From: a bacterium | GTDB lineage: Bacteria; Hinthialibacterota; Hinthialibacteria; Hinthialibacterales; Hinthialibacteraceae | Reading direction: 5' to 3' | Assembly: GCA_963662285.2 (NCBI GenBank) | Contig: CAXXMV010000006.1 | Coordinates: forward strand, 640,001 to 704,000 | Length of the DNA stretch: 64,000 nt | Part shown: in pieces, positions 1 through 10,978 of the stretch | Layout: the number at the start of each line of letters is the position of its first letter | How positions within the stretch are numbered: the stretch's first letter is position 1 | Program-made: the position numbers and the translations under genes | Notes under the pieces: model-generated | What the model saw: the letters and a program-made list of their open reading frames with translations, nothing else | The model's database searches: none | Told to the model about the DNA's origin: nothing

Positions 1-3000
1 ATCCGGCCATTGGTAACTTATGACCGCGCTTTTCAAACCGTTGCGGTTGATGGAACGGTTTATTTTGGTTCATCAGCGGATGATAAAGTATATGCTCTGA
101 ATCAGGAAACCGGCAAAGTGCGATGGACGTTTTTCACTGGCGGCCCGGTTCGTCTGGCGCCGACCATATACAAAAATAAAGTTTATTTCGGCAGCGATGA
201 TGGTTACGCCTATTGCCTTAATTGCAAGGATGGATCGCTGGTATGGAAGACGCGTCCCGTACCTATAGATCATCGTCAGCCAGGCAATGGTCGCATGATT
301 TCACTGTGGCCTATCCGCACGGGAATCACTATCTATGATAATACGGCTTATTGTTTCGCTGGACTGTTTCCTGTGCAAGGCGTTTTTCTTTGCGCGCTGG
401 ATGTTGAAGATGGCTCTATTTTAATGAAAAAGCAGGTAGAGGAAGAGGGCGTATCTCCCAGCGGATATTTGCTGGCTTCCCAAGACCGTATCATAACTCC
501 AACCGGGCGTACCACTCCCGCTTTTTTTAATCGTAGAGACGGTAGTTTTATGGGGTATTTTGATGATCTAGGCGGCGCCTTTGCATTACTATCAGAAGAC
601 GACAGCGTGTTTCATGAATCAGGTAGAAACACCAATCAAATCAGTTTGTCTGATTTGAAAACCAAAGAACGCATCGCTACGTTTGACGGATTGCGGATTA
701 TCGTTGATGGTGATATGGCTTATTTGATGTCGAAAACGCAGATTTATTCTATCAACCGGACGCGGTATATCGATTTATCCAAGCAAAAAAATGCTCTTTC
801 CAAACGCGCCAATGAAATTGGCGAACTTCTAAAAAAAGCCCGTCGTAGTCAAAGCAATATAAACGCTGAAGAACTCACTAGTGAATTACGTGCTGGGAAA
901 GTTAAAATTGCAGAGATTGATAAAGATATGAAAGGTTGCGTCCGCTGGTCGCGCATCGGTTCTTTCCCTTACGTCATGATAAAATCCGCTAACCTGTTGT
1001 TTGCCGGCGGCGACGACATTGTCTCTGCATTTGATACGGAGACCGGCGAAGAGGTTTGGACCGATACTGTAATCGGTAGAGTTTATGGACTTACCGTTGC
1101 TAATGGCAATCTGATAGTAAGCACTGATAAAGGTTTTATTTACTCATACAGCAACCGAAGCCAGAGGCAGGGCGTTGTCGTATCCTATACCGATGATGAT
1201 CCCTATCCCCAGGATGAATATTCCGAAATCTATTCCACAGTTGCCCAACGCATCATTGAAGAAAGCGGCGTAGATAAAGGTTATTGCCTGATTCTGGGAT
1301 GCAAGACGGGGCGCCTGGCTTATGAAATCGCCAAACGAACCGAACTAAGAGTTATCGGACTAAGCGATAATGCTGACGATGTTGCTTTAGCGCGGGATAA
1401 ATTAGATAAAGCTGGTTGGTATGGCAACCGGATAGAAATTCATCATGGATCGCTTGAGAATCCTCCTTATGTACAATACTTCGCCAACCTCATTATTTCT
1501 GAATCCGCCATCTTTTCTGGAAAAATTACTACTCCAGTGGATCAAGTGTATCGTATGTTGCGTCCCTGTGGTGGATTCGCCTGTCTGGGGCAACTCGATG
1601 ATTCAGCTCAGCAGGATTTCGCTTATAATCCATCAGCCATTCGCAATTGGTTCTCATCGGCTGAGAATAGCGGCTGGAACACTATTGAAGATAATGGAAC
1701 CTGGGCTGCCTATAGGCGTGGAGTGGTTCCCGGAAGCGGTGAATGGACTCACCTGTATGCAGAACCGGGTAATAGCGTTTGCAGCCAAGACGCAGTTTAT
1801 GGCAAGATGGGTATACAATGGTATGGACAGCCCGGACCTCGATATATCATAGATCGCCATAATCGCCCTATGTCTCCCCTCTTCAAAAATGGCAGATTAT
1901 TCGTTAACGCCAGCGACCGTATTATCGCCGTCGATGCATATAATGGGGCTTATCTGTGGGAACTTGAAGTTCCTATGTCACGACGCATTGGGGCGCTCAA
2001 AGATTGCGGACAAACTACTGTGGCCGATGATTACGTCTATATTGCAGCCAAGAATGAATGTCATGCCATAGACGTCGAAAGCGGCAAAATTAAATTCAGC
2101 ATGAAAGTGCCTCCATCTGACAAAAACGAAACGCTGGACTGGGGATATAACGCTCTGGTCGGCGACCAGATTTTTGGCAGTGGAACCAAAGTCGGCGCCT
2201 CTTTCTACGAAATTAGTGAAAATTCATGCAATCTTTTAGAAGGCGACTTCCGTGAGATGATTCTCTGCGATATTCTCTTTTCTCTGGATCGGTATACCGG
2301 AGAAACTCTTTGGACTTATGAAGACGGCGTCATCTTCAATAACACCATAACTATCGGTGATGGTAAGTTTTTCTTTGTCGTCAGCCATAATGAAGAGACT
2401 GTTTCCGACCCCGATGGACGCATCTCGCCGCATAAGTTCTGCGCCAGCCAAACAACTTTAATCGCTTTGGATATGAAGACTGGCAAGGTTGTTTGGGAAA
2501 CGCCCTACGATTTTCCTTTCCAACAGATAATGTATTTATGTTTTTCTGATGGAAAAGTTATAGTATCCGGGAGTTATAACATAGATAAAAACGTCCATTA
2601 TGGACTGTATGCTTTCTCGTCCGCCGACGGAGATTTTCAATGGAATAACAGTTATAAAGGCGACTCCATCGGCGGTGAACATGGCGAACAGTGGCAGCAT
2701 CCCGTCATCATCGGCGACACAGTCTACAATCGGCCCTACGCCTTTGATCTGCACAGCGGCGAGAAGAAATTATATGAACTAGACCGTGGCGGCCATGGAT
2801 GTGGAGGTCTCTCGGCATCCGCCTCAAACATGTTCGGACGCGGACGCCATCCCCGCATGTATGAAATAGAGGGTGAAAAAGAGAGCGGAACTGCGCTTAC
2901 CCTGGTTAACCGTCCGGGATGCTGGATCAACATCATTCCCGTCGGTGGGCTAATCCTGCTGCCGGAATCAAGTTCAGGATGCACCTGCAACTTCCCCATG

Positions 3001-3045
3001 CAGATGTCGGTGGCCTTTTCACCTTTGGAAGTACAACTTAACTGA
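1..3045 (+). CDS. PQQ-type beta-propeller repeat protein with internal class I SAM-methyltransferase-like domain (5' partial)
   Basis: Frame open from base 1; propeller repeats (VYFGSSADDKVYAL, VYFGSDDGYAYCL); central GYCLILGCKTGRLAYEIA...VYRMLRPCGG segment; C-terminal RPGCWIN..ESSSGCTC. Confidence 0.8.
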   Translation: MRPLVTYDRAFQTVAVDGTVYFGSSADDKVYALNQETGKVRWTFFTGGPVRLAPTIYKNKVYFGSDDGYAYCLNCKDGSLVWKTRPVPIDHRQPGNGRMISLWPIRTGITIYDNTAYCFAGLFPVQGVFLCALDVEDGSILMKKQVEEEGVSPSGYLLASQDRIITPTGRTTPAFFNRRDGSFMGYFDDLGGAFALLSEDDSVFHESGRNTNQISLSDLKTKERIATFDGLRIIVDGDMAYLMSKTQIYSINRTRYIDLSKQKNALSKRANEIGELLKKARRSQSNINAEELTSELRAGKVKIAEIDKDMKGCVRWSRIGSFPYVMIKSANLLFAGGDDIVSAFDTETGEEVWTDTVIGRVYGLTVANGNLIVSTDKGFIYSYSNRSQRQGVVVSYTDDDPYPQDEYSEIYSTVAQRIIEESGVDKGYCLILGCKTGRLAYEIAKRTELRVIGLSDNADDVALARDKLDKAGWYGNRIEIHHGSLENPPYVQYFANLIISESAIFSGKITTPVDQVYRMLRPCGGFACLGQLDDSAQQDFAYNPSAIRNWFSSAENSGWNTIEDNGTWAAYRRGVVPGSGEWTHLYAEPGNSVCSQDAVYGKMGIQWYGQPGPRYIIDRHNRPMSPLFKNGRLFVNASDRIIAVDAYNGAYLWELEVPMSRRIGALKDCGQTTVADDYVYIAAKNECHAIDVESGKIKFSMKVPPSDKNETLDWGYNALVGDQIFGSGTKVGASFYEISENSCNLLEGDFREMILCDILFSLDRYTGETLWTYEDGVIFNNTITIGDGKFFFVVSHNEETVSDPDGRISPHKFCASQTTLIALDMKTGKVVWETPYDFPFQQIMYLCFSDGKVIVSGSYNIDKNVHYGLYAFSSADGDFQWNNSYKGDSIGGEHGEQWQHPVIIGDTVYNRPYAFDLHSGEKKLYELDRGGHGCGGLSASASNMFGRGRHPRMYEIEGEKESGTALTLVNRPGCWINIIPVGGLILLPESSSGCTCNFPMQMSVAFSPLEVQLN

Positions 3046-3074
3046 GGGCTATAATAACACTCGTATAATCAATC

Positions 3075-3110
3075 AAGCGGTTGCCGGAATGTTCTGGCAA
3101 CCGCTTTTTT
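3075..3110 (+). terminator. Intrinsic terminator
   Basis: AAGCGGTTGCCGGA...TCTGGCAACCGCTT hairpin followed by a T run, 30 nt after the stop. Confidence 0.8.
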
Positions 3111-3144
3111 CATGCAAAGAATTAATGTTTCCTGAAAAATAAAT

Positions 3145-3209
3145 ATGAGTAAACTCAACTTTTCTATTGACACTGTACAGGTTTTGAGATATAAAATGAG
3201 TGTACTCAT
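3145..3209 (+). promoter_or_regulatory. Sigma70 promoter flanked by two putative TetR operators
   Basis: TTGACA (3167) - 17 nt - TATAAA (3190); palindromes TGAGTAAACTCA (3146-3157) and ATGAGTGTACTCAT (3196-3209) upstream of a TetR gene. Confidence 0.7.
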
Positions 3210-3237
3210 AAATAAGAGACTATAGGAGGATGGGAGG

Positions 3238-3957
3238 ATGGTTAAGAAAAGCACGGTTAAAAAGAAAAGCGCAGCCAAAATCAAAAGTTCAGTTAAGAAA
3301 ACGCAGTCCAAAGATTCTCACAGCGATAATAAGAAAACCGGAAACCGGGAGAAGAAAAAGGAGCAGACTAAAGCACGCATCCTTCAATCAGCTTTGGAAT
3401 TATTCAGAAAGAAAGGTTTTTATAAGACCACTACCAAGGAAATATCCAAACGGTCAAATATCGCCGAAGGCACCTTGTTCAATTATTTTAAGACCAAGGA
3501 GGATTTAGCGCTCTATTTCTTCGAGATGGAAATTCAAAACTGCATCGACTGGTTTCATCAGGATGATTATATCAAAAGCGCGCCGCTGCCGGAAAAATTA
3601 TTCGCAGTAACCATGCATAGCCTTGACCGCTTTGAACCATACCAGGAATTTATCGGCGCTGTCTATCTACGCGCCTTTGAACCGTCATCCAAACTAAGTC
3701 CGCTCAGTCTGGATATCCAGGAACTGCGACTGAAAAACTTAAAGTTTATCCGAGGTATCCTCAATGAAGCGGAAGAGAAAGAAGAGATTCCTCCCTTGGG
3801 CGATTTCGGCGCCTATGCCTTGGGCCTCGGCTATCTGGGGATATTGACCTATTGGTTGAACGATAAATCTGAAGGCAAAGAAAACACTATAGCGCTCTTG
3901 GATCGTTCACTCAAAGTGGCGCACCATTTCTTGAATAAAGGGGGGTGGGACTGGTGA
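3238..3957 (+). CDS. TetR/AcrR family transcriptional regulator
   Basis: [55 protein letters not shown]. Confidence 0.92.
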   Translation: MVKKSTVKKKSAAKIKSSVKKTQSKDSHSDNKKTGNREKKKEQTKARILQSALELFRKKGFYKTTTKEISKRSNIAEGTLFNYFKTKEDLALYFFEMEIQNCIDWFHQDDYIKSAPLPEKLFAVTMHSLDRFEPYQEFIGAVYLRAFEPSSKLSPLSLDIQELRLKNLKFIRGILNEAEEKEEIPPLGDFGAYALGLGYLGILTYWLNDKSEGKENTIALLDRSLKVAHHFLNKGGWDW

Positions 3958-5261
3958 AACATGATCAACCAACTACAACATTAAACCGCGCCTTAAAAAT
4001 GGGAAATCTAGGCTTTCGTATTGCCGGAAGTTATTTAAGTTATCAAACCCAGAATGCATTTCTGGATTCTGAGGGGCGCAAGGCCAACCGTAAATCGTTT
4101 GAGCAGAAGAGCGCCAAAAAAATTCGGGAAGAATTTCAGTCGTTGCGCGGCCCCATCATGAAATTGGGGCAGACCCTCAGTATGCAATCATATCTGCTTT
4201 CGGAGGATTTTGTGCAGGAACTGACCGAACTGCAAATGCACGCTCCACCCATGCACCCGACCTTGATGCGCACCCAATTCAAAAAATCGCTGGGGAAATA
4301 TCCGGAAGAAATATTCGCCAAATTTGATATGGATCCATTCGCCGCCGCTTCGCTGGGGCAGGTGCATTATGCTGTGACCCATGAAGGCGATGAGGTCGCG
4401 GTGAAGATTCAATATCCCGCTATCCGTCAGGCGATTAAGAACGATTTTCTTCTTCTGCGCTCAGTTACATATCCCATAAGAATTACAAAACTGGTTAACA
4501 AAGCGATGCTGCAAGAGATAGAGGATGGAATCCTCAAAGAGACTGATTATTATAATGAGGCCAGGAATATTGAAAATTTCCAAGAGGGATTAAAGGAACT
4601 TGATTTTGTAAGCGTTCCACGGGTGTTTTCTGACTATTCATCAGATAAAGTACTCACCATGTCTCTGGTCAGAGGCGATTTTCTGGAAGAATGGCTGCAA
4701 AAGAATCCAAGTCAGGAAAAGCGCAACCATCTCGGAAACCGCTTGTTTGAATTATTCTTCTATCAATTTATATATAAGAATATTGTCCATGCCGATCCCC
4801 ATCCGGGCAACTATTTTTATGACGATGAGGGCAATATAACCTTGATCGATTTCGGCTGCGTGAAATATATGTCTGACCGGATCGTTAATTTCGTGAAATT
4901 GATGATTAAGCGATCCTGGCTCCATGACGAAGAAGAATTTATCAATCTCATACAAACCATTTTCGGAAAAAAAACTGATCCCGATAATCCCAAAGACCGG
5001 GAACTTATGAACTCGTTTATCGAGTACAACCAAATAATTCTACCAATGGAAGGTCAAGAACAGGAAGTCGATTTTAGTACGCCAAAATTGTTTGATAAGA
5101 TTGGTGGGATATGGAATGATTCCCTGAGACGCAAGTTGCCCGATCCAGAATTCTTCTTTCTATGCCGCGCAGAATTAGGACTCTTCAATGTCCTTTATAA
5201 ACTGGGCGCCAAACTAAAGACCACCGAAATCTGGGATAGAATCAAAAATCAGTATGATTAG
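3954..5261 (+). CDS. AarF/ABC1/UbiB family atypical kinase
   Basis: [36 protein letters not shown] motifs; GTG start overlaps TetR stop. Confidence 0.92.
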   Translation: MKHDQPTTTLNRALKMGNLGFRIAGSYLSYQTQNAFLDSEGRKANRKSFEQKSAKKIREEFQSLRGPIMKLGQTLSMQSYLLSEDFVQELTELQMHAPPMHPTLMRTQFKKSLGKYPEEIFAKFDMDPFAAASLGQVHYAVTHEGDEVAVKIQYPAIRQAIKNDFLLLRSVTYPIRITKLVNKAMLQEIEDGILKETDYYNEARNIENFQEGLKELDFVSVPRVFSDYSSDKVLTMSLVRGDFLEEWLQKNPSQEKRNHLGNRLFELFFYQFIYKNIVHADPHPGNYFYDDEGNITLIDFGCVKYMSDRIVNFVKLMIKRSWLHDEEEFINLIQTIFGKKTDPDNPKDRELMNSFIEYNQIILPMEGQEQEVDFSTPKLFDKIGGIWNDSLRRKLPDPEFFFLCRAELGLFNVLYKLGAKLKTTEIWDRIKNQYD

Positions 5262-5289
5262 AGCACCTCAGAGGGTTCTGAACAATGTT

Positions 5290-5550
5290 CTAATAAACTT
5301 TGTTATGAGTTCCGACCAAGATGAATTCGACGAGTTCGTAATTGCTATCCTCTTTAAATATTAAGCGCAAGTTTCCGCCAGCGGAAATGGCGTGATATCC
5401 CTGTAATTCGCCTTTAAGCGCGTGGTTTCGGAGTTGCTGGTTGTGAGGATTTTCTCGAAAAATATTGATTGCTTCATTAATTCTGACTTGTTGCTTTTGA
5501 GTGAGTTTTGCAAAAGCCTTGTCAAAATTTTTGTTATAAAGAATCTCCAT
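5290..5550 (-). CDS. Type II toxin, RelE/YafQ-like mRNA interferase
   Basis: 86 aa; LRNHALKGELQGYHAIS, LRLIF, VGTHNKVY. Confidence 0.85.
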   Translation of the reverse strand: MEILYNKNFDKAFAKLTQKQQVRINEAINIFRENPHNQQLRNHALKGELQGYHAISAGGNLRLIFKEDSNYELVEFILVGTHNKVY

Positions 5551-5814
5551 TTAGGATTTTCTCATCAGTCTTTGTAGATGTTCGTTTGCTTCTTTGCCAA
5601 CAAAGGGCCCACTCATATTGATTCCCTGTTTGGCTTCTTCACCAGCTTTAAGAATTTTGGCGATGTCTTCTGGAGAATAGTTCTCCTCTTCAATATATTC
5701 TTCTTCCTCTTCAGTGGACGCCACAAATTCAATGACGATCTGTTTCTGATCGGGGGCGAGTTTTTTGAATCCTTCAATATATTCAGCAGCGGTTTCCATA
5801 TTTATTGTCTCCAT
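5551..5814 (-). CDS. Putative antitoxin
   Basis: Small acidic ORF directly upstream of and abutting the toxin. Confidence 0.65.
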   Translation of the reverse strand: METINMETAAEYIEGFKKLAPDQKQIVIEFVASTEEEEEYIEEENYSPEDIAKILKAGEEAKQGINMSGPFVGKEANEHLQRLMRKS

Positions 5815-5876
5815 CTTAGTGGTTATTATCTCATATTAACTCGAATTTGTCAATAAAATACGACCGTCAGAGCGAT

Positions 5877-5915
5877 GGGTGCCAAGGGTAAGGACGCATT
5901 GCGTCCAGCCCTTGA
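5877..5915 (+). repeat. Palindromic repeat family A (long variant)
   Basis: GGGTGCCAAGGG...CCCTTGA; matches the inverted copy at 23210-23248, including flanking CCACCTATTATAA. Confidence 0.75.
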
Positions 5916-6056
5916 TCAAACCACCTATTATAAGGTTAGGGTGATTATAAAATAAATTGGATGACCTTTTCTTATTATTCCCCTATAACTACTGTACAAG
6001 TTTGTTGTATATTTGTTCAATTATCTTGATGAATAAATATTAAGGGGATACCGAAA

Positions 6057-6797
6057 ATGGTTACTAAAAAGAAACTACAAACTATCGTTGGAGAAATCAG
6101 GACGTTCTGCGCAGAAAATGGTGATGAGCGCGTCATCAAAAAATACAGCCGCTATTTCACCGAAGGTTATGATGCTTATGGCCTGACGCGCGAAATCTAT
6201 GAAGCGCAGCGCGATAAGTTTGTTGAAGCATACAAAGATTCTCTTGGTTTAGATGGTTTTCTAAAATTAGGAGATATTCTGATCCAGAGTGGTAAATATG
6301 AAGAAGCCTCGTTTGCTATATCGTTCATTACTCCATATAAATCTGAATTCACTGCTGAAACTTTTCAATATCTTGGGACATGGCTGGAAAATGGGATTTG
6401 CAACTGGGGGCATACCGACGTCCTTTGCGGCCTTCTTCTCTCACATTTCCTGGAAAACAATATTGTAAAACTGGATGACTTATCATCATGGCGGGAATCT
6501 TCCTCAAAATGGAAAAGAAGAGCCGTTCCGGTTGCGATGATCGCCTTGATAAACAAATCACGTAGTTTTAAGAAATTAATTGACTTTATTGATCCCATGA
6601 TGATGGATGACCAACGTTTCGTCCAGCAAGGTTTGGGTTGGTTTCTACGTGAAATGTGGAAAAAACAACCTGAACCTGTTGAGTCTTTTCTGTTGAAATG
6701 GAAAAACTCGGCGCCCCGCAAAATCTTCCAATATGCAACAGAGAAAATGTCCCCGGAAGAGAAGGAGCGATTCAGGAAGGATAAAAAAGCTAAGTAG
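6057..6797 (+). CDS. DNA alkylation repair protein (AlkD-like HEAT repeat)
   Basis: NWGHTD, WKRRAVPV, FVQQGLGWFLRE, YATEKM motifs. Confidence 0.85.
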   Translation: MVTKKKLQTIVGEIRTFCAENGDERVIKKYSRYFTEGYDAYGLTREIYEAQRDKFVEAYKDSLGLDGFLKLGDILIQSGKYEEASFAISFITPYKSEFTAETFQYLGTWLENGICNWGHTDVLCGLLLSHFLENNIVKLDDLSSWRESSSKWKRRAVPVAMIALINKSRSFKKLIDFIDPMMMDDQRFVQQGLGWFLREMWKKQPEPVESFLLKWKNSAPRKIFQYATEKMSPEEKERFRKDKKAK

Positions 6798-6990
6798 AAC
6801 GATAGTCAAAAATTTGTTTGTTATTATTAATTTCTATGAAAATATCAATACGGGTGCCAAGGGCAGCGTCCTTTCTGCCCTTGACGGCAAATAGAGAGGA
6901 ACTGAATAATTTCTATGATTATTTATCTTTTTTTATAGAATTTTTGAAATATGAAATATGGCTCCAACTGCTAAAGCTTTAAAGTATTTA

Positions 6991-8750
6991 GGGCTTGCTG
7001 AAAAACGTTTTCAACTACCGAAGATTATAATCTTCGGTAGTGACTCAGGGCGATGTACGAACGGGATCACTGCCGAATGAACTTTGATTGCTGAAAAAAT
7101 TGATCCAGCGTCTCCATTTTGATTTGATAAGCGTTTGAAGCGCCTCTTGTATTACCTCAATCCACAAATCGATAAACAAAAAGAACCGATTTAAATTACC
7201 CAGTCGTGAAATCTTATGCAGATTCATTACGAACAGGTTCAATCCGATAACCGTCAGTGAGGTTTCTGCCAGTTTAGCCATGATTCTCGCCAAGCCGAAG
7301 CGACGTTTTCCCTCTCCAAATTTTCCTTCAATGGCAACACGATCTATTTCATCTTGCCGGGCGAGTTGCTTTTGTTCCCGGCGAATGATTTTATCTTTGA
7401 CGGGACGTCCCATCGCTGGGCCGGATATTCTAATACCATATTTTTTGCAATAATCCCTATTACTTTTGTTCCGGTAAATTTGATCTACATGAACCGATTC
7501 AGGAAAGAAACCAAAATGGTGGCGAAAGTTTTTTATCGTTTGAATCAAATCTGTTGACTCGTTGAAATTGTTCCAATCAATTCTTTCCATAAACGCGAAT
7601 CCATTGACCAGACTGAGATTTAGTTTTGCGCCAAACTCCGTCTCGGCATTGGCTTTGCCGCGTTTAATGGGACGCACATACGGAAACCAAATACTGACAA
7701 TCCTGTCAGCAATACGCTTTTGTTTCGAGTCATACATGATTTTTTGTTGTCGATATAATTCGCTGATCACCAACAGCGCCCGATAGAGGTTCCGTTTCAA
7801 AACACCTAGGGAAACAGTCTGCGAGAGAGTTTTTATATGCGCCAGATTTCTATTCACATAACCCAATTGTTTACGAATGGCTCGACGAATTACTTTGTAT
7901 GGATTTCTTTTTTTCTTGGAGATAGCAAGATATTCTTTACGTGCATTTTCACGATAGGTACGTGGTTTCTTGCTGCCGTCCGGGCGTTCCTGATGGAGCC
8001 GATCAATTATCGCTTCCGTTTTTTCACGCGCTTCGTTGAGTAAATTCAAATCGGTGGGGTAACGAATATCGGCTGGAGTGCAAGTCGCATCGATCAATAA
8101 CTTGCCCCGGTTCTCAACCTCGAAAGTTTCATTGCCATCCTTATTGGACGTCGATTCATCTGATAACTTCATGGAATCTTTTGGAACGTCATCATCTTCA
8201 TCTGATGATTTATCATCTTTGGGTTTCGCCGCCGCCAAGGTCATCGCTTCGTTAATTTTATTCATCGATTCGACGGGAAAACGTTTGCGGAAATGAACCA
8301 TCATGGAAGCATCAAAAGGTTCTCCGGTTTGAAAACCGTCCAATCCGATAAAAAACTGGAGATAAGGATTTTCACGGATCTGTTCGACAGTTTCACGATC
8401 TGATGCTTTGAGTTCTTCTTTGATAACCAAAGAGCCAAATGCCATTCGGGCGGTCAGAGCCGGACAACCAGTCGTCGAGCCGCTTAACTTATTTTTGTAT
8501 TCACGCTCAACCACCTCCCAGGGAATCATGGCCGCTTTTTTCACCCAGCGATTATCGGGATCAAGATAACCGCCAAAGGGCAAACCAAATTCGGGAAACA
8601 TCGGAGTAAAAGAGTCGTTTTTATACATCTTTATCCACTCTCAAGTGCAAAGGTTTTAAGGGTTTTATGTAATTCCCCTTGCAGGATTCATAGAATGAGT
8701 GTAGCATAAACTATTCATTTGTCAAGACTTCCATCTAAAACAGCAAGCCC
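6991..8750 (-). mobile_element. IS5-family insertion sequence (1760 bp)
   Basis: Terminal IRs GGGCTTGCTG (6991-7000) / CAGCAAGCCC (8741-8750); direct repeat TATTTA on both flanks. Confidence 0.88.
7045..8628 (-). CDS. IS5-family DDE transposase
   Basis: LPFGGYLDPDNRWV, ENPYLQFFIG, LLIDATCTPADIRYPTD, EFGAK, IEGKFGEGKR. Confidence 0.93.
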   Translation of the reverse strand: MYKNDSFTPMFPEFGLPFGGYLDPDNRWVKKAAMIPWEVVEREYKNKLSGSTTGCPALTARMAFGSLVIKEELKASDRETVEQIRENPYLQFFIGLDGFQTGEPFDASMMVHFRKRFPVESMNKINEAMTLAAAKPKDDKSSDEDDDVPKDSMKLSDESTSNKDGNETFEVENRGKLLIDATCTPADIRYPTDLNLLNEAREKTEAIIDRLHQERPDGSKKPRTYRENARKEYLAISKKKRNPYKVIRRAIRKQLGYVNRNLAHIKTLSQTVSLGVLKRNLYRALLVISELYRQQKIMYDSKQKRIADRIVSIWFPYVRPIKRGKANAETEFGAKLNLSLVNGFAFMERIDWNNFNESTDLIQTIKNFRHHFGFFPESVHVDQIYRNKSNRDYCKKYGIRISGPAMGRPVKDKIIRREQKQLARQDEIDRVAIEGKFGEGKRRFGLARIMAKLAETSLTVIGLNLFVMNLHKISRLGNLNRFFLFIDLWIEVIQEALQTLIKSKWRRWINFFSNQSSFGSDPVRTSP

Positions 8751-8873
8751 TATTTATAAATTTGTTTATTGAGTGAATCGTTGATGACAATTATAAAAAA
8801 GGTGAACTCATTCAAGGGCAGAAAATACACTGCCCTTGCCACCCTTCATTGCTTAACGATTTTATTGAATCCG

Positions 8874-9995
8874 TTAAACTTCTGATGCTTCCCGCGCCAA
8901 TTCGTGACGAAGACGCAACTGCCCGCAGGCGGCGTCGATGTTCCGTCCCCGGCTATAGCGAACCGTTACATCGAATTTCCCATCCCGCAGGCAGTGCTTA
9001 AAATCTTGAATCTTCTTTGTAGATGATGGTTGGAACTCTGAGTCTAATACAGGATTGAATGGAATTAAGTTGACGTGACATTTGATGCCATCGCAGAATT
9101 TCTTGAGACGTTGGGCGTCTTTGTCTGAATCGTTAATCCCGTCAAGCATCATGTATTCAAATGATATTCTCCGGCCATTACTGCGTTGATATTCCTGAAC
9201 GGCATCGCGCAGTTGATCCAATTGATAAACCTTGGCAATCGGCATGAGTTTCGCCCGGATATTATTATCGGCGCTGTTCAAAGATACCGCCAATTTAACT
9301 TTCCATCTTTCGCGGGCCATGCGGTAAATCTCTGGAACAAGACCAACGGTGGAAATTGTTATGCGCCGGGGCGACATAGCCAAACCGGATTTGGATGTAA
9401 TGATTTCTATCGCCGTGCGTAATGAATCCAGGTTATGCAGTGGTTCTCCGGTTCCCATGAATACCACACGCGAGACGTCGCGCCCCATTCGTTTGAAAGC
9501 CAGAATTTGTGATATGATTTCTGATGGAGGCATATTGCGCTTGAAGCCGGCTTGTCCTGATGCGCAGAAACGGCAAGCGAACTGGCATCCAACCTGGGTA
9601 GTTAAGCAAACCGTGTAGCCTTCAATATCATTCAAATTGCAACTTTTGATTTTGCCGGTTTTGGGATTGGTCTTCACTTCCGATGAATATCGGGGCATCA
9701 ATACTGCTTCAACAAATTCATCATCGTTTAGTCGAAAAAGGAATTTTTCTGTATTATCACATGTATCTTTCTGTTTAGAATGAATCGGCAGTTCATTTAA
9801 GGAAAATGAAGCGCTTAATTCATCTCTAAGTTTGTTAGAGAGATCGGTCATATCAGAAATTGTCTTGACGCCGCGATGGAACAGCCACTGTGTTATCTGC
9901 TTGGAACGGTATGCCGGATGACCATGATCAATCAACCAGTTATTAATATTATCCGGTGTGCAATCGAGAATTGAGTTTTGGGGTTTGTTAGACAT
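8874..9995 (-). CDS. rlmN: 23S rRNA m2A2503 radical SAM methyltransferase
   Basis: TQVGCQFACRFC (CxxxCxxC), VFMGTGEP, ITISTVG, VNLIPFNP, RGRNIDAACGQL. Confidence 0.92.
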   Translation of the reverse strand: MSNKPQNSILDCTPDNINNWLIDHGHPAYRSKQITQWLFHRGVKTISDMTDLSNKLRDELSASFSLNELPIHSKQKDTCDNTEKFLFRLNDDEFVEAVLMPRYSSEVKTNPKTGKIKSCNLNDIEGYTVCLTTQVGCQFACRFCASGQAGFKRNMPPSEIISQILAFKRMGRDVSRVVFMGTGEPLHNLDSLRTAIEIITSKSGLAMSPRRITISTVGLVPEIYRMARERWKVKLAVSLNSADNNIRAKLMPIAKVYQLDQLRDAVQEYQRSNGRRISFEYMMLDGINDSDKDAQRLKKFCDGIKCHVNLIPFNPVLDSEFQPSSTKKIQDFKHCLRDGKFDVTVRYSRGRNIDAACGQLRLRHELAREASEV

Positions 9996-10226
9996 ACGCC
10001 TCTTGCTTTTAAATGTATTTGTATAAAGGTATAATGTTATTTAAGATTGAAAAGTCAACTAGAGCGATTACCTTTATAAAGTTAACCATAATGGTTATTC
10101 ATTATTTTCTGACCTATAGAGGCTAACAACCGCATTGACGTACGTTATTTTGAAAATCGCTCTAACCGTATAGTTTAACCGTTATAATTATTTAATAAAT
10201 CTATTCAAGAAACTGGTACAAGTAAT

Positions 10227-10895
10227 ATGTTTGGTAAAACTATTATCTCAGATTTTAAGTCATGCTTAGAAAATGATCCAGCTGCGCATGGTTTTTGGGG
10301 CGGGCTTGAAATCATATTCACTTATGCTGGTTTTCATGCCATTATTTCTCACAGATTGGCGCATTTTCTTCATGCTAAATTGCATATCCCGTTTATTCCA
10401 AGGCTGATTTCACAAATCAGCCGTTTTTTCACTGGCATTGAAATTCATCCCGGCGCTCAAATAGGCCAAGGCTTCTTTATCGATCATGGAATGGGAGTGG
10501 TTATTGGAGAAACTGCTATTATCGGAGATGGCTGCGTCCTGTTTCAGGGAGTAACCTTAGGTGGAACCGGTAAAGAATCGGGCAAACGCCATCCTACCTT
10601 AGGTGATAATGTCATGGTTAGCGCCGGAGCCAAGGTTTTGGGAAACATCACTCTGGGAGATAATGTCAAAATTGGCGCTCAATCGGTAGTTCTCAATGAT
10701 GTACCTGCTGATTGTACAGTAGTTGGCGTTCCTGGAAGGATTGTTATCAGGGAAGGGCAGAAAGTCAAAAAGAAAGGCGTCGACCTGGATCATATCCATC
10801 TTCCCGACCCAATTATGGAAAAACTGGCTGCTCTAACCAAAGATATAGAAACTATTCACAATGAAATAAAGCAACATCATCCCGAAAATAAATAA
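10227..10895 (+). CDS. cysE: Serine O-acetyltransferase
   Basis: DPAA, TGIEIHPGAQIG, FIDHGMGVVIGET, GVTLGGTGKESGKRHPT. Confidence 0.95.
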   Translation: MFGKTIISDFKSCLENDPAAHGFWGGLEIIFTYAGFHAIISHRLAHFLHAKLHIPFIPRLISQISRFFTGIEIHPGAQIGQGFFIDHGMGVVIGETAIIGDGCVLFQGVTLGGTGKESGKRHPTLGDNVMVSAGAKVLGNITLGDNVKIGAQSVVLNDVPADCTVVGVPGRIVIREGQKVKKKGVDLDHIHLPDPIMEKLAALTKDIETIHNEIKQHHPENK

Positions 10896-10920
10896 GTTTC
10901 ACTAATTGTATGTCTAACAA

Positions 10921-10978
10921 ATAATGTCGGTTATCCAAGTCCCCTCTCCCCGCCGGGAGTGGGCTAGGGTGAGGGGGA
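10921..10978 (+). repeat. Repeat family B (BoxC-like hairpin plus G-tract tail), intact copy
   Basis: ATAATGTCGGTTATCCAAGTCCCCTCTCCCCGCCGGGAGTGGGCTAGGGTGAGGGGG; related copies at 11661, 13974, 33221, 47514. Confidence 0.8.

Larger units (their letters stand above)
6852..8844. mobile_element. MITE/REPIN-like unit bounded by inverted family A palindromes, interrupted by the IS5 element
   Basis: Left end 6852-6884 and right end 8812-8844 are nearly identical to the ends of the intact unit at 11758-11953. Confidence 0.6.

Noticed and set aside
9640-9700. About 20-aa insertion in RlmN suggesting an intein or Cfr
   Set aside because: Too short for an intein and lacks splicing motifs; the rest matches ordinary RlmN
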